A stretch of 64,000 nt of DNA, taken from NCBI GenBank assembly GCA_904063045.1, contig CAJFCJ010000029.1, positions 62,001-126,000 of the forward strand, given 5' to 3'. The DNA is from Dimorphilus gyrociliatus (Eukaryota; Animalia; Annelida). Made by a program: the position numbers and the translations under genes. This document shows positions 51,501 through 64,000 of this stretch, piece by piece. Under the pieces are notes generated by a model. It did not search any database. It worked only from the letters and a program-made list of their open reading frames with translations, and was not told the DNA's origin. Positions within the stretch are counted from its first letter, which is position 1, and each line of letters begins with the position of its first letter.

Positions 51501-54500
51501 GCGATGTTAATGCCAAATGTTCAGACTTACCCAAGTTCTTATATTCAAATACTCGACAGGATGGTTTTCAATGTTCATGTAAACCCGGATTTGAAGGTAA
51601 TGGAACATCTTGCTATAACATTGATGATTGCAAAATGGCCAAAGACGACTGTGTAACAGATGTATCAGTCTGTGTTGATACAATTGGTAGTTATAAGTGT
51701 TCATGTAAAGATGGATATGCAGCGGATTTGGACGGAAAGTGTCAAAATAAGGACGAGTGTACTTTAAAAACTCATAATTGTCATGTAAAGGCTACCTGCG
51801 AGGACACTATAGGCTCTTTTAAATGTACTTGTAACCCGGGATACGAAGGCGACGGAGTAACTTGTACAGGTATGTTTTTCTTTTATTTTTTTAACAAAAG
51901 TAGTATTAACTAATGTATATTTGACAATCTCTATAGATATTGACGAATGTTCCAAGTTGTCAAATAAATGTTCTGGCAAAGGTACTTGTATCAATGGCGC
52001 AAATATGTATATTTGCGAATGTATAGATCATTACTCTGGAGATAATTGTGAAGTAGCAAATGGAAATTGGGGATTGTGGTCTGCTTGGTCGACTTGTTCA
52101 AGCAAGTGTAGTAGCGGAGTTGAACTACGAAGTAGGAAGTGTAATTCTCCAGAACCTAAAAATGGTGGTTCTTTGTGTGCGCCTTTAAATGGCACAGGTT
52201 CAATTGAACTTAGAAATTGCTCTAATTCTCCTTGTCAAAGTACTTTTAAATGGTGTGAAAAAGATCCTTGTGGGGAAGAATCAGGTGGAATATGTAGCTA
52301 TACAGACAATGGGCGCTTGTTTCAATGCTCGTGTCGTATTGGGTACGTTCCAAAGTACAATGCCACAGGAGCATTTATGCACTGTGAAGATCTAAATGAA
52401 TGTAATCAACCAGGAACTTGCCATCCTTTGGCCATCTGCCAAAACACAAAAGGTTCCTACAGTTGCACTTGTAAAGATGGTTTTGAAGGAGATGGAACTT
52501 CCTGTGAAGACATTGATGAATGTTCCAGGGGTACTCACGGATGCGATTCTTCTTTAGAAGTCTGTGAGAACGTAGGAGGAACTCGTAATTGCAATTGTAA
52601 AGATGGTTTTAAAAAGTCTCCAAAGGGTGTATGTATAGAAGACAGGCTATTACCTTATGGAATAGGGGTTGGTGATAAATTATTAACAGAAATTAGCCCT
52701 ATAACAAATGAAACTATATCGAAATTATTTAAAATCCCGAACGGCGTAAGCGTAAGCGACGGACGATTAATGGATTCTTTATATGTTACCGAAAATGGAA
52801 TTATAGTATTAACAAATGATAAAAGTTATCAGGACTTGAACACGTTCAGACATCCGCTTAAATTTACCGATATACCTGATGGTTATGGAATTATAGCCCC
52901 ATTTTGGGCTGATGTCAGAACAGACTTAGAAAAGAGTAAAATATATGTCCAATCTTATACAGATACCACTTCATCAGTTTTTGAGAAGGCAACGAAAAAG
53001 TTGAGTAAGGTTTTAGATAAAAGCATTAGCGGCTTAAAGTACATTTTTGTAGCTACTTGGGAGAACGTCATGCCTCATTATCTAACTCAAAGTGATCAAT
53101 TAAACACGTTCCAGGCTGCCCTCTTAACGGACTACAACCACGCCTATGTATTATTTATGTACGAGAGCATGAAGTGGAACCCAGTTTATCCTACAAAGCA
53201 ATTAGCAAGCAAAGGATATCCGGTTAGGGTTGGTTTTGGATTGAAACCTGTAGGAGGTAGCAAAAAAGTACAAGAAGATGAAAATTCAGCCAAGTGGTCA
53301 TCTGATGAATCTCTACCAAATGCCTACAGGCTAGATAAAAGGAAAGGATATATTGCTTATAGCTTAGACGATAACGATTTAACATACAAAAGTCCGAGGC
53401 GCCATTGTAGCGAATGGTATCAAAAAGAGGGTAGCATATCAAGTTGGGATAACGGAGTAGTTGACTCTTGTCCAGCGCATATAAGTCAAGTTGAAATAGA
53501 TAAAAGATTCCAAACTGACAATCAATGTTATAAATCTTTGTTTACTATTGGCCCATGGATTCGTTGTTGTTATTGGCCAGGCAATGGAGCACTTAAAACA
53601 TTAAAGAATACAAATAATGGTATAGTTTTTTCGACATCATCCAATCCAATAGGATATGTCTCTAGATATACTGAAAATTCAGTAAAGACAAAAGAAAATT
53701 ACTTAAAAGATGTAGCTCCTTTCGAAAGTTGTTGCCTAAATAGCAATGATCCTAGCCACTTTTGTAAAATGTATTTGGCAAAAAGGCCAATGTCAGATTA
53801 CACCAAATATGATAAGCCTCAAGTCGGAGCAATTTTCGGAATGAGTCACTTAAGAACATTGGATGGAAAGTATCTTACTTTTACAAACTTTGGAGAATAC
53901 GTTCTTTTGAAATCAATACCTACATCCCCAAATAAAGTGGAAATTCAGGTCAGAATGGAAGATATTGCAGGAGTAGACGGAAGAAAAACGGTTGTCTGTA
54001 CAGGCATTGCAGTACAAGTAAACGGAGGAACAAATATTCAAGTAATAACATATTGCCCTATTTATTTCTAATTATTATTATAATATGACTAATTAATTTC
54101 TTTTTAAAGGCATATCTACAGTCCGAATCGGAAATTATAATGTACGTCAACAATGAGGTGCGAACGTCAACCTCGACAACCACTAGCGATGTCATTATAA
54201 AAGGAAACTCACCCGAATATTATATAATCTTCTCAATAGGATTATGGATAAGGGTCACGGCTTCTCAGAAAAAACTTCTTTGCGTTGTCTACGCTGGAAA
54301 ATCTCATGGAAAAGGAGACTTTGAAGGCTTATTAGGATTGTTTGACTTAAACCCGAAAAACGAATTTAAAGCCTCCACAGGAGGTCAATACTCGGAGAAC
54401 CCTGATATTTCAGACATCGAAGCTTTTGTCAGATCGTGGAACTTGAGGGTAGTTTATGGCATATCCGATGAAGGGACGAGTGCTAATACGCAATCTCTTT

Positions 54501-57500
54501 TCACACAATACGATGCTAATAAATATAAGAATGCAAACGAATTCTACAATCTTGAATATTCTCCACCACTGTTCAATGAACAACAATATAATGATGTAGA
54601 AAGAAGTTCATGTATCTATAAGGCAGATCCGTTACTCTTTTGCATGCATGACTTAAAAGTAACCAATAACAAAAACTATGGCACAAAGACTTTAACGGAA
54701 TATGAATATTTGGAAAAAACATCGTTTCTATTTGCCTCCTCTATTCCAGAGGTAGCGGAAATTCCTGATATAAAATTATCAGTAGGACAGAAATGGACAT
54801 ATGATTTAGAGATCATGGACAAAAATGGCGATCCGGTATCAGTAATTGCGTCTGTTGACGCTGCTAGTAAGAATAATCGAGACATATCCATTAAAACTGA
54901 ACCGGTTAATAATACTATTGGTAAATACATATCGAGTATCGAATGGATTCCAGTTGCTAAGGAGAAAGCCATTGTCAATCTACTTGTAAATAATACGGAT
55001 GGAATTATGGTATTAATAAGACCCAGAGTAATTTTGTGCTCTTGTGAACATGGTAATTGTAGGGACACCTTTATGGAACCATTCACTGATACTTTTACCT
55101 TCTCTGTATGCAAATGTACAATTGGGTACGATGGTAAAAGATGCGACATCGATAAGTTAGGTTGTGCATGGAAAGACTGCTACGGACATTGCACAGATTT
55201 AACAACAGCACAAGCTATAGCAAAGGGCAAAGAGTTTGAATGTGATAAATGTCCTTTAGATATGTTGGGCAACGGACACAATTGCTATGATGTAAATGAG
55301 TGTACAGGGTTAAATCAATGTCAACAGTTGTGTATCAACACACCCGGATCGTATGTTTGTTCTTGCCGGGTAGGGTATCAACTAAAACAAGATAGATTTT
55401 CTTGCGAAGATATTCCAGAATGCGGGACAAATTTAGCAGCAAAATGCGATATAAAATATGGAAAATGCATCGAAGAGCCCGGCTCATTTAGTTGCCGTTG
55501 TGATAGCGGATTTCAACTAGACAAAAAAGGAACTTGTGTAGATATTGACGAGTGTTTAACTTCTAATGGAGATTGCGAAAGACACTGTATTAATACATTC
55601 GGTAGCTACGAATGTTCGTGCGGTTTAGGTTATAAAACAGATCCGGTAGACCAACGTCGATGTATAGAGATTAATGAATGCGAGTATGATAACGAATGCG
55701 ATCAAATCTGCACAAAAAAAATAGGCTTTTATAGTTGTTCCTGTAGAATTGGTTTTCGTTTGGACTCTGATGGAAAATCGTGTGAACCATTAAATCCATG
55801 TACAAGTTTAACATGCGGTGCCAACGCTATTTGTGCCATAGAAAGTGGAGATGAAAAATGCCTTTGTAAAAGTGGATTTGTTATGGATCCTACTAATGCT
55901 ACAAAGTGTATTGATGTGAACGAGTGTTCTGCAGGATTCCATCAGTGTAATCTTTACACGTCTAGTTGTAATAATTCAATTAGTAGCTATTTTTGTACTT
56001 GCAACAAAGGTTATAAACCATCGGAGAACAATCCTAGAGACTGCATTGATATCGATGAATGTTCAACAGATCCTGGTTGCCAACATATCTGCAAAAATAT
56101 GCCAGGATCTTTCGCTTGCTTATGTAAAGAAGGTTATATTTTAGGGGCAGACGGAAAGTCTTGTATTGATATAGACGAATGTGGTAATGGCGTCGAAAAT
56201 AAATGTGATTTAGACGCCACTTGTACAAACACTGACGGAAGTTACAAATGCGATTGTAAACAAGGTTTTGACGGTTCGGGATCAATCTGTATAGATAGAA
56301 ACGAATGCTTAGATAGCAACGGGGGCTGTCAAGTATCGTGTGTAAATACCTACGGATCCTATGAATGTGCATGTGTTTCTGGTTTTAAAGAAGACGCAAG
56401 TGATCCAAAGAAATGTTTAGACGTTGACGAATGTACTAATGATATGCATGATTGTCAACACGAATGCGTTAATACTCCTGGGTCTTTCGTTTGTCAATGT
56501 AGGATAAACTTTAAACTTGGTCAGGATGGGAAGTCGTGCGTACCAACCGTCCCTACTTGTGACTATCAATGTGGCGGTGGTCAATGTATTAAAGTCGGGC
56601 CATTAGAAACTTGTATTTGCAACTATGGTTATGATAAGACAAGTGCCGACCTATCAGAATGCGTTAATATCAATGAATGTGTTTTAGATATCCACAAATG
56701 TAATACTGAAAAGAAAGCATTGTGTGAAGATAAAAGCAGTGGTTATAATTGTATTTGCCCGAGTGGCTACAAACTTTCTTACGATGGTATCACTTGCGAT
56801 ATTATTGATAAATGTACAGATAAAGAAAATCCACATAATTGCGATAAATTGACGACAGTTTGTAAGAGAGTTGAAACGTCTTTTGAGTGCGTTTGCCGTA
56901 ACGGTTTTGTACCTACTGAGGATAAGGGGAAATGTAAAGATGTCGACGAGTGCCTGGAAGATAAGCACAAGTGCGCGTTGACCGCCAACTGTGTAAATAC
57001 GGCTGGATCGTTTAAGTGTCGATGTAAACCTGGCTATGAGGGAGACGGAAGAACATGTTCCGATATAAATGAATGCTTAATATCAAATATATGTCAGTTA
57101 AACGAAATATGCCAGAATAGTCAAGGAAGTTATAAATGCATTTGTAAGAAAGGCTATAAGAGGAAATTTAGCGATTCCAGTAGTGACGGTGAATGCGTCG
57201 ACATAAACGAATGTTTGTCGCCTCGATTGAATGAATGCAAATCACCAGAAGCCTATTGTGTTAATACTGAAGGAAGTTCAGTTTGTCGTTGCATAAACGG
57301 AGCGAGATTAAACTCTGACGGTAAATCCTGTACAATTATAGACAAATGTGATGATTCGAAAAATTGTAAACAATTGTGCATAAAGCACAACGGAACCGAT
57401 ACATGCATATGTAAATATCCCCTTGATGAACTTTGTAATGACGTAAATGAATGCTCTAAAAGTGCTGACGTTTGTGACACAAGAAATTCTAAATGCGTGA

Positions 57501-58498
57501 ACAAAAAACCAGGTTTCAGTTGTAATTGTATTGATCCATGGCTACCCGATGCAGACGGCCTAGGCTGCTCCGAAACGAATGGGGCGTGGGGCGAATGGCA
57601 AAGTTGGACTCATTGCTCAAAGACTTGTGATGGCCAAAGAATGAGAACGAGAGCTTGCAATAGTCCTTCTCCAGTGGGTGTTGGAAGAAAATGCCCTGGA
57701 AATGTTTCTCAATATCAGTTCTGTAATGGTGGAAGATGTTCCGTAAATGAACCCCAGCTAAAGAATGCTGCTATGATTAAATGGAGCTCTCTCCCACTAG
57801 AATTATATCATACAGTCGAAGAACCCCTATTTAGAACCATAGCTAAAACAGTGAACTTGTTTTGCAAGCAATCGAATACTACTTTCGAACAATGCTGCTT
57901 AACAAGTATCAGTTTAGAAAATATAGCCACTGATTTGAGCTTTGTAAAATTTACCGATTTTCAAGCTGCATCATCCTATCCTAGGCAGTTTGGACAGAAT
58001 GGTACAAAAGTAATTGTGTTTGGAACAACAGCAACCAATCTAGAGTTTTGTAAGCCTAAAGTAACGAAAAGGAATGCGGATCCATCAACGCACCGAGATA
58101 TCCCTCAGCAAGTTCTAATCAACTCTTTTAATGAGCCTAACTTTGAAACCGAACTGAGGGATCAGGCGAGGAGAAAGAGCTTGGACAGTCTAATTAGTAA
58201 TGTTTTAAATTTTCAAGTGTCAGAAGCTGTCAATGAAGACGTTAAGCCAACTGTAACACCAACCGTTGGGACAAAGAAGTCGGAAAGCTTTCCTAGTTGG
58301 GCAATAGCTGTTATAGTAATAGGCTCCTTGTTAATTTTAACTTGCTTCGCTTGCGTTATGTTTAAAGCATGTAAAATGGACAACAAAGGGTCGAGTCAAG
58401 GTAGAGTTTCTCCATCTGAAAATATAAATTTGGACGAAGGTATTAGAAGAACACCAAGATTAAATGAATATAAGGACGTCACTGGAACTCTCAGTTAA
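36591..58498 (+). CDS. Giant type-I membrane protein B (~7,000 aa est.), paralog of A with the same domain order
   Basis: Exons: 36591-36660 (signal peptide MIRWRMESCFIIFCCLHLVFGVP), 36724-37161, 37241-37651, 37861-40089, 40163-41163, ~41227-41391, ~41456-51868 (~10.4 kb), 51938-~54041, ~54111-58498. NIDO: IAPFWADV, ATW, NTFQAALLTD. AMOP: CSEWY..CP..CCY. VWD: FGMSHLRTLDG. Many DIDEC EGFs, two TSP1 domains, TM WAIAVIVIGSLLILTCFACVMF. Confidence 0.88.
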
Positions 58499-59070
58499 AC
58501 TAACAATATTAATTATATGAATAATGATGATCATAATAATAATGACAATTCAGCACTTGATGAATTTTCTATAAATAAGTGTCGTGTTTACAGTATATTA
58601 TATATATAATACCTTTCCTATTCAACGTCTTAGTCAACCAATCATAATGAAAATATTAATAGTTTGTATAATAAAATTTCATTCAGTTATTTTATTAATT
58701 ATCATCTAAATTGTGTTTTTACTCCACAATATTTTTTTTTTGGTGTTATGTTTCACATAAATTATTCAATTGATTGAATTCTTCTTTATTATTATGTTAT
58801 CTCTTTTTCACTTTAATCAAAATACTATTATTTCAATGAATGAAAACTAAGCTATAGTATTAAAGAAAGAAACAACAGAAACAGCTGATCAGAATGAATG
58901 CTAAAGAATAGAGAATTTATAAAAAAAAATAATAATAATACAATAAGATAAAAAAGAAATAACTCAACTGTTATCAAAACGTTTAGAGTAATTTGCATAT
59001 TAATTGAACAATAATAAAAAAAATGATATCAATAGACTTTACAGACTTTTGTAAAGTGTAAAAAAAATTG

Positions 59071-61864
59071 TTACGTTACGGTTTGTTTCTCTACGGGCAT
59101 AAGCTTTAAGTTTGCTTCTTTGTCTTTGTCGACAACTTCGTCGTCGTTATCGTTCTCTGCCGTCTCCTTAATATCAATTACAATTTCCTTGTCGTCGTTG
59201 CTGTAGAATTTAACTTTACGGGAAATTAGAAAGACAATTGTATACATAACGGCTCCCATAAACATCAGCACACACGTTAAAATATGTATAGATAACCTGT
59301 ATTGGATGATGTATATTTATAATTGTAATATTATTAATAATAATAATATTAATATTGGTCTTGGATCGAACCTTAAGCCTTTTGTGTTGTAAAGTAAGCA
59401 ATTACCACCTTCCCTAAGCTCACATGATTTTTCTCGTAAGAAACAATTTACATCAGCTACTTTGCCAAAGACAATAGGCATTGGGAAGAAGACTGTGAGG
59501 AACATTGGAAGTAGAAAAAAACTATGGCTAAGGAGAAAATAGCTTAATTATGAATATAATTAGGAAAATTAACCTAGACAATTTTTTAGAAAACCCCCCA
59601 CGCTTGTAGCCAAGGACGATGCTTCTCTTTTAACTAAGCTATAATGTGTCGTTTTTTTAGCATAGGAGAAAAAAAAAAAGATATACTTAAAAAGCAATTC
59701 TAATAAACTCTTTAGGCCTACCTTAACTGGACAATACTTGCAGGTATTTTATTTAGCATATGGATCACAACAGAAATTGTAGAAATAATAATGTATATGT
59801 TGAGATTAGAACAAGGCGTAAAACAAAGTCCTTTTTTAACAACGCCACCCGGAGAGCATTTACAATTGATAAAGGTCTACAAAAATAAAAAAGAGAAAGA
59901 TCTTATTAACAAGTTTTTCCTTTAATGCTTCCTTTTCTGTTTTTGATATTATTTTGCATTTCTTTTCTTTTCTCTTACGTAAAAATGTATACATTTAAAA
60001 TAGGATATATTATTTGCTCACCTCATTTACGAAGGATGCATTACATCCGGCAGCACACGGAGAGAAATAATTAATTCCTTGTGAATCACAAACTGGATCG
60101 TAGGTCATGTCGTTACAATTACATTCTTCTGTACAACCTTTGATTGATCTGTTAAATAGATACATATACTATAAACCTTTTAAACGTATCTAAGTAAACT
60201 GGATACTTTTTACTAATTTTTACTATTCCTAACAAGTGATAAATAGTATGAAGCGTAACAAATAGTATAATAATATTTATAAGGAACTAACTCGTTTGCG
60301 GTAATTCCATTTAAATTAGTTTGAGAGCAGGAAAATTGCATAAGAATAATCGGTATGACAGCTGAGAGATATGAAAGCAACGCACAAGCTGCTAATGCCC
60401 TTCTTTTTTCAACAAATCGGCTTAAAATTGATGAGAGAGCACAACCAATAATACCCGGAACAACCATTATTATACCTTAAGATAATTAAGAAATTCTAGA
60501 ATATTAACTCATAAATAATACATTTGTATCTACATCGGCTGTATACAAAACTTTATATTTACCTAATATGAAATTAGCCCTATGAATAGGCATCTTAAAG
60601 TGAGCTTCGAGATATCTTGTCGATGCAGAAGAATAACCAACTATTGCAAACATCACAAAACAATCTCCAAAGATAAAGATAATTAGTGGAATATTCTTAA
60701 AAATCATGAAAAAAGATCTTGGAATATCTAATTTTTACGGAATATAATAAAAGGATAATTAATAAAGTTACAACTATAAAAGCAAAGATTTGATACAGTT
60801 TATTTAACATGAAAAAAGGAATACCAGAAGCAACTGCTTTGAATTTCGTCAAAGATGATACGGATTTTTCCAAAAGTAATTTAGCTAGTTTCGGATTAAG
60901 AGAGTCTGTTTCGAGATTGAAAGGCTTAATGTATTTCGGAAATATAAAAAAACCCAGAGTCACTATAAACATGGCTGCTGATAGAATAACATAGCCAACC
61001 CACCACGCTCCAACAAATCTTTGATCACCAGGTTCATAAGGTGAGCCTAAGAGTATAGAAAGTTAATTATTAACATTTTATTAGGAAATGCTATTTTGGT
61101 TCAGTTACTTATTAAATTCTCGGGTATTTTCGTCAGAGCAGAAGATAAAGGCAATCCAACACCAGGAGCTAATAAAAAACTCAACATAATTGATCCTAGT
61201 AAAAACGATGCTTGTTTTCTGGAGGAATTTTCATAAATATAAGCTATTCCAAGGGTGAATAGAGAAGATTCTCCAAGACCCATGAGAATATTCGCGCATA
61301 TAAAAATTATAAACGCTCTTTTATTTCCCGAATTCGTATGATTGGTACATATATCCTTGATTGATTGAGACATTTTACAAAAATCTCTGTTAGAATCATT
61401 ACTATATCGGTCTTCAGTGAAATTTTCCGATGGAAATCCGCTAAATTTAGGCCCCTCAATAAAAAAGGGAATGGCAAATATAAAGTACCCAAAGGAGATA
61501 AGCATCATAAAACACCCAATTAGCTTTGGTTTTGAAAATATTTTACCCATGTAACCTACATAATTTTATTAGAATTATCTATATGACTTTATTGTATATG
61601 ATAATATATTTTTTACCTACCAACTAATAGAATAACAACTATTGTACCAACATCTTCAATACCATTCATAAATCCAGTTTCGACACCTCTCAAATTGAAA
61701 CGTCTTTCAAGCGTCCTAGTAACGCCTAGACTGTAAAATTTCATTGAACCAAATAGGATACCCTCTAGCAGAACCCACAATGTAAAGAAATGTATATTAT
61801 AACGTAGATTATGAATAATTGAATTTCTCTTCTCTTTTTTCATCTTCAATCTGTCTTTATCCAT
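59071..61864 (-). CDS. Organic anion transporting polypeptide (OATP/SLCO family)
   Basis: About 11 small exons joined in phase. Motifs LERRF, GDQRFVGAWWVG, Kazal-like CNCNDMTYDPVCDSQGINYFSPCAAGC, and FPMPIVFG..D..C...C....GNCLLY. Confidence 0.92.
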
Positions 61865-63491
61865 TGCAGTAGAGAAAGAAGTCTTTAAAATAGAATTGAG
61901 ATGATGTTTTTTTCTAAAAGTATACAGATGATAACGAGTTGAAGGTAGGAGAGGTGAACGAGTATTTTAATACTATAAGACTGATTTGTTTTTGATTATA
62001 ATAGATATGGCAGACAAAGGTCTGTTTTCAGGTTATGAGATAGCAGATGAAGTATTATATTCTCAATCAGCTTTTTTATGCATAAATCAACATGCAGTTA
62101 GATTCGATTAGTAGTCTTTGAGTTCAAATAAAAACTGAACACATTTCTTTAGCGCCACTTTGAACAAGCAAATTAATCTGACCTATAGTCCTAAAAAAAT
62201 CATTATGTGAGTAAGGAAATTATAAAAGAAACTGTGTTTTCACATCGTAACAAAAGTGGTATATGGGCCTATAGGCCGAAAAAGTAGGTAAGAACGAAAT
62301 AGGTAGGACTTTGAAAGGTCACTTGAAAGGGAATTAGATATTAGAGTATAATATAGAAAAGAATAGAGAAAAGAAAAAACGCGCCAGAGAGAGAAGAATA
62401 AGGGCTAAGAGCCAGTGGGATTGAGTGAAAAAGAATAAAAAGGGGAGTAATTTATCTCATTATCTTTTAGTCTTTCGGAATCTTATGCAACATTGCAACG
62501 CTTCGAGCACAAAATGCATTAGCATTGTTTATGAAAATACAGCGAAATATCAGAATAAACCAAATAATGAGTAGTGAAAAGTTTAGGGCATACACTGTAT
62601 TATAGATTGCAAATACTAAATATACAGTATATACATAGAGAGAGGGAGAGAGAGAAATTTGAGAATATTTGCCTACAATAAGTTTATATAACTATCTGTA
62701 GAAAGAATATTAAAATGCAATATGAATAAAAATTATTTAATATTTTCTCTTTCAATCATCCCATTCACCTAGACTTCCACTTACATGCATTTATTTCTCT
62801 CTTCCCTCTTTCTCTTTACTCCGTCAGCTTCTCATTAATTCCTTCCTCCTACCGCCTTTCCTCTATGTCTTTCTATGCTCGTCTTCTCTCTTTCTCTCTT
62901 TCTCATTCTCTATTTCTATCTATCTAACCTACTCCTTTTTCTTAGCTGACAAGATTATTCTCTTTTTTATAATCTCGTATTAAAGAAAGACAAAACTAAA
63001 AAGAAATGAAAGTACTCTTTTTTTCCTTTTTTGCAAGTTATAGAGTGTTTTTTTTATTAGATAGATAGTAAATAATATTTAAATAATTTAATTTCTTTTC
63101 ACATATAAGCAAAGTTGTTAATGGTGTTTTTTTTCCTTCCTTTTATAGCATAGTAAATTCTGGAGTAAATAGATATATAGATTTTCATGTATAATACTAC
63201 TTACTCTCTTTCATCGTCTTCTTCCTCTTCCTTTTCTGTATTATATTCTAATACTTTTTATAAACAATAAGCATGTTATTTTGTAGCAATTACAATTGAA
63301 CAATTATGCATTATGTATATCTATTGGTTTAAGAGTTTTGGATTAAAATCATTATAAATAATTAAAAAAAGGGATAATAGATTATTTCTAGTATAAAAGA
63401 ATATTTTAGATCTCTTTCTATACCTACTTTGATCATTTATTTCATCTTCTTGGAACTTTTCATACAGTATTCTAAATCGGCTGAAAATTTG

Positions 63492-63507
63492 AAAATGCCG
63501 CCATTTT
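63492..63507. promoter_or_regulatory. YY1-like CCGCCATTTT near-palindrome, likely in the SLCO/E2 divergent promoter
   Basis: aaaatgccgccatttt within a locally GC-richer patch in AT-rich DNA. Confidence 0.5.
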
Positions 63508-63929
63508 GCTATACGGACATAACGTCATCCAGAGGGAGTGTTTTGCCAAAGTTCCGGTTTTCCATTAAATGCTAGTTAATAATCATTATTTTAAGGGAAG
63601 AATGTAAGTATATTTCTATTAAAATTGACAGAATCCCTTATACTACATTTAATAGGAAATAATTAGCGACCTTAGCCATTGAAAACTGTATTTTAATTCG
63701 GAGAGAATCTCATTAAATGAATATCTGCTGTAATTTCGTAATAGAATTCTCGATTAATCCATTCGATTATTTCTCTAATTTCGCGAATTGTGCAATCATA
63801 CTAGTAAATAACAGAATGACAGTTGAAATCGTTATTTTTTTAGGGAAAACTTTAACTAAAAGACTTCTAAGCCGATAATCTAATCAACCGTTAGAAAATC
63901 TTAAAATTTAGCCATCACGAACAAGCAAA

Positions 63930-64000
63930 ATGGAGAGGAGATTAAGAAAAGAGTTGACAAACCTTATAAAAGATCCCCCAGATGGTATTGTTGTTGACCC
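63930..64000 (+). CDS. N-terminus of an E2 ubiquitin-conjugating enzyme (UBE2W-like start), truncated by the window end
   Basis: MERRLRKELTNLIKDPPDGIVVDP matches the E2 helix-1 pattern RLxKELxxLxxDPP. Only 23 codons are visible, so the subfamily is uncertain. Confidence 0.7.
   Translation, partial: MERRLRKELTNLIKDPPDGIVVD

Noticed and set aside
13797-58498. Dozens of short antisense or alternate-frame ORFs inside the giant genes (e.g. 14879..15277, 43936..44334, 54676..55149)
   Set aside because: Shadow ORFs of long coding exons with no recognisable motifs or splice logic.
61900-63900. Purine/pyrimidine-rich tracts and weak inverted repeats (e.g. ~63690-63790) as an ncRNA or transposon
   Set aside because: No convincing stem, terminal inverted repeats, target-site duplication or ORF. 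More likely UTR introns and promoter of SLCO/E2.

Overview
AT-rich, gene-dense animal genomic DNA with tiny GT-AG introns (mostly ~55-130 nt) and stem-loop histone genes. It looks like a compact-genome invertebrate; a miniaturised annelid such as Dimorphilus is my guess, not verified. Gene order: 3' end of an unknown gene; two head-to-head tetraspanins; a PAQR/AdipoR-like gene; mitochondrial SHMT; one H2A/H2B/H4/H3 histone quartet; two giant (~7,000 aa each, estimated) head-to-head paralogous type-I membrane proteins whose ATGs are separated by only 117 bp; an OATP/SLCO transporter; and the start of an E2 ubiquitin-conjugating enzyme. Two systems stand out. (1) Both tetraspanins carry tandemly duplicated, frame-incompatible (mutually exclusive) exons in the large extracellular loop: 2 variants of the CC exon in one gene and 3 variants of the PxSCC exon in the other. 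The ORF track largely misses these. (2) The giant pair joins ~30 prokaryote-style CARDB-like beta-sandwich repeats with added cysteines to a MUC4/SUSD2/Mesh-type EGF-TSP1-NIDO-AMOP-VWD-EGF stalk. Both lack the GDPH autocleavage motif and share an unnamed juxtamembrane Cys domain with a basic cleavage site. All exon boundaries were read by eye and need RNA-seq confirmation.
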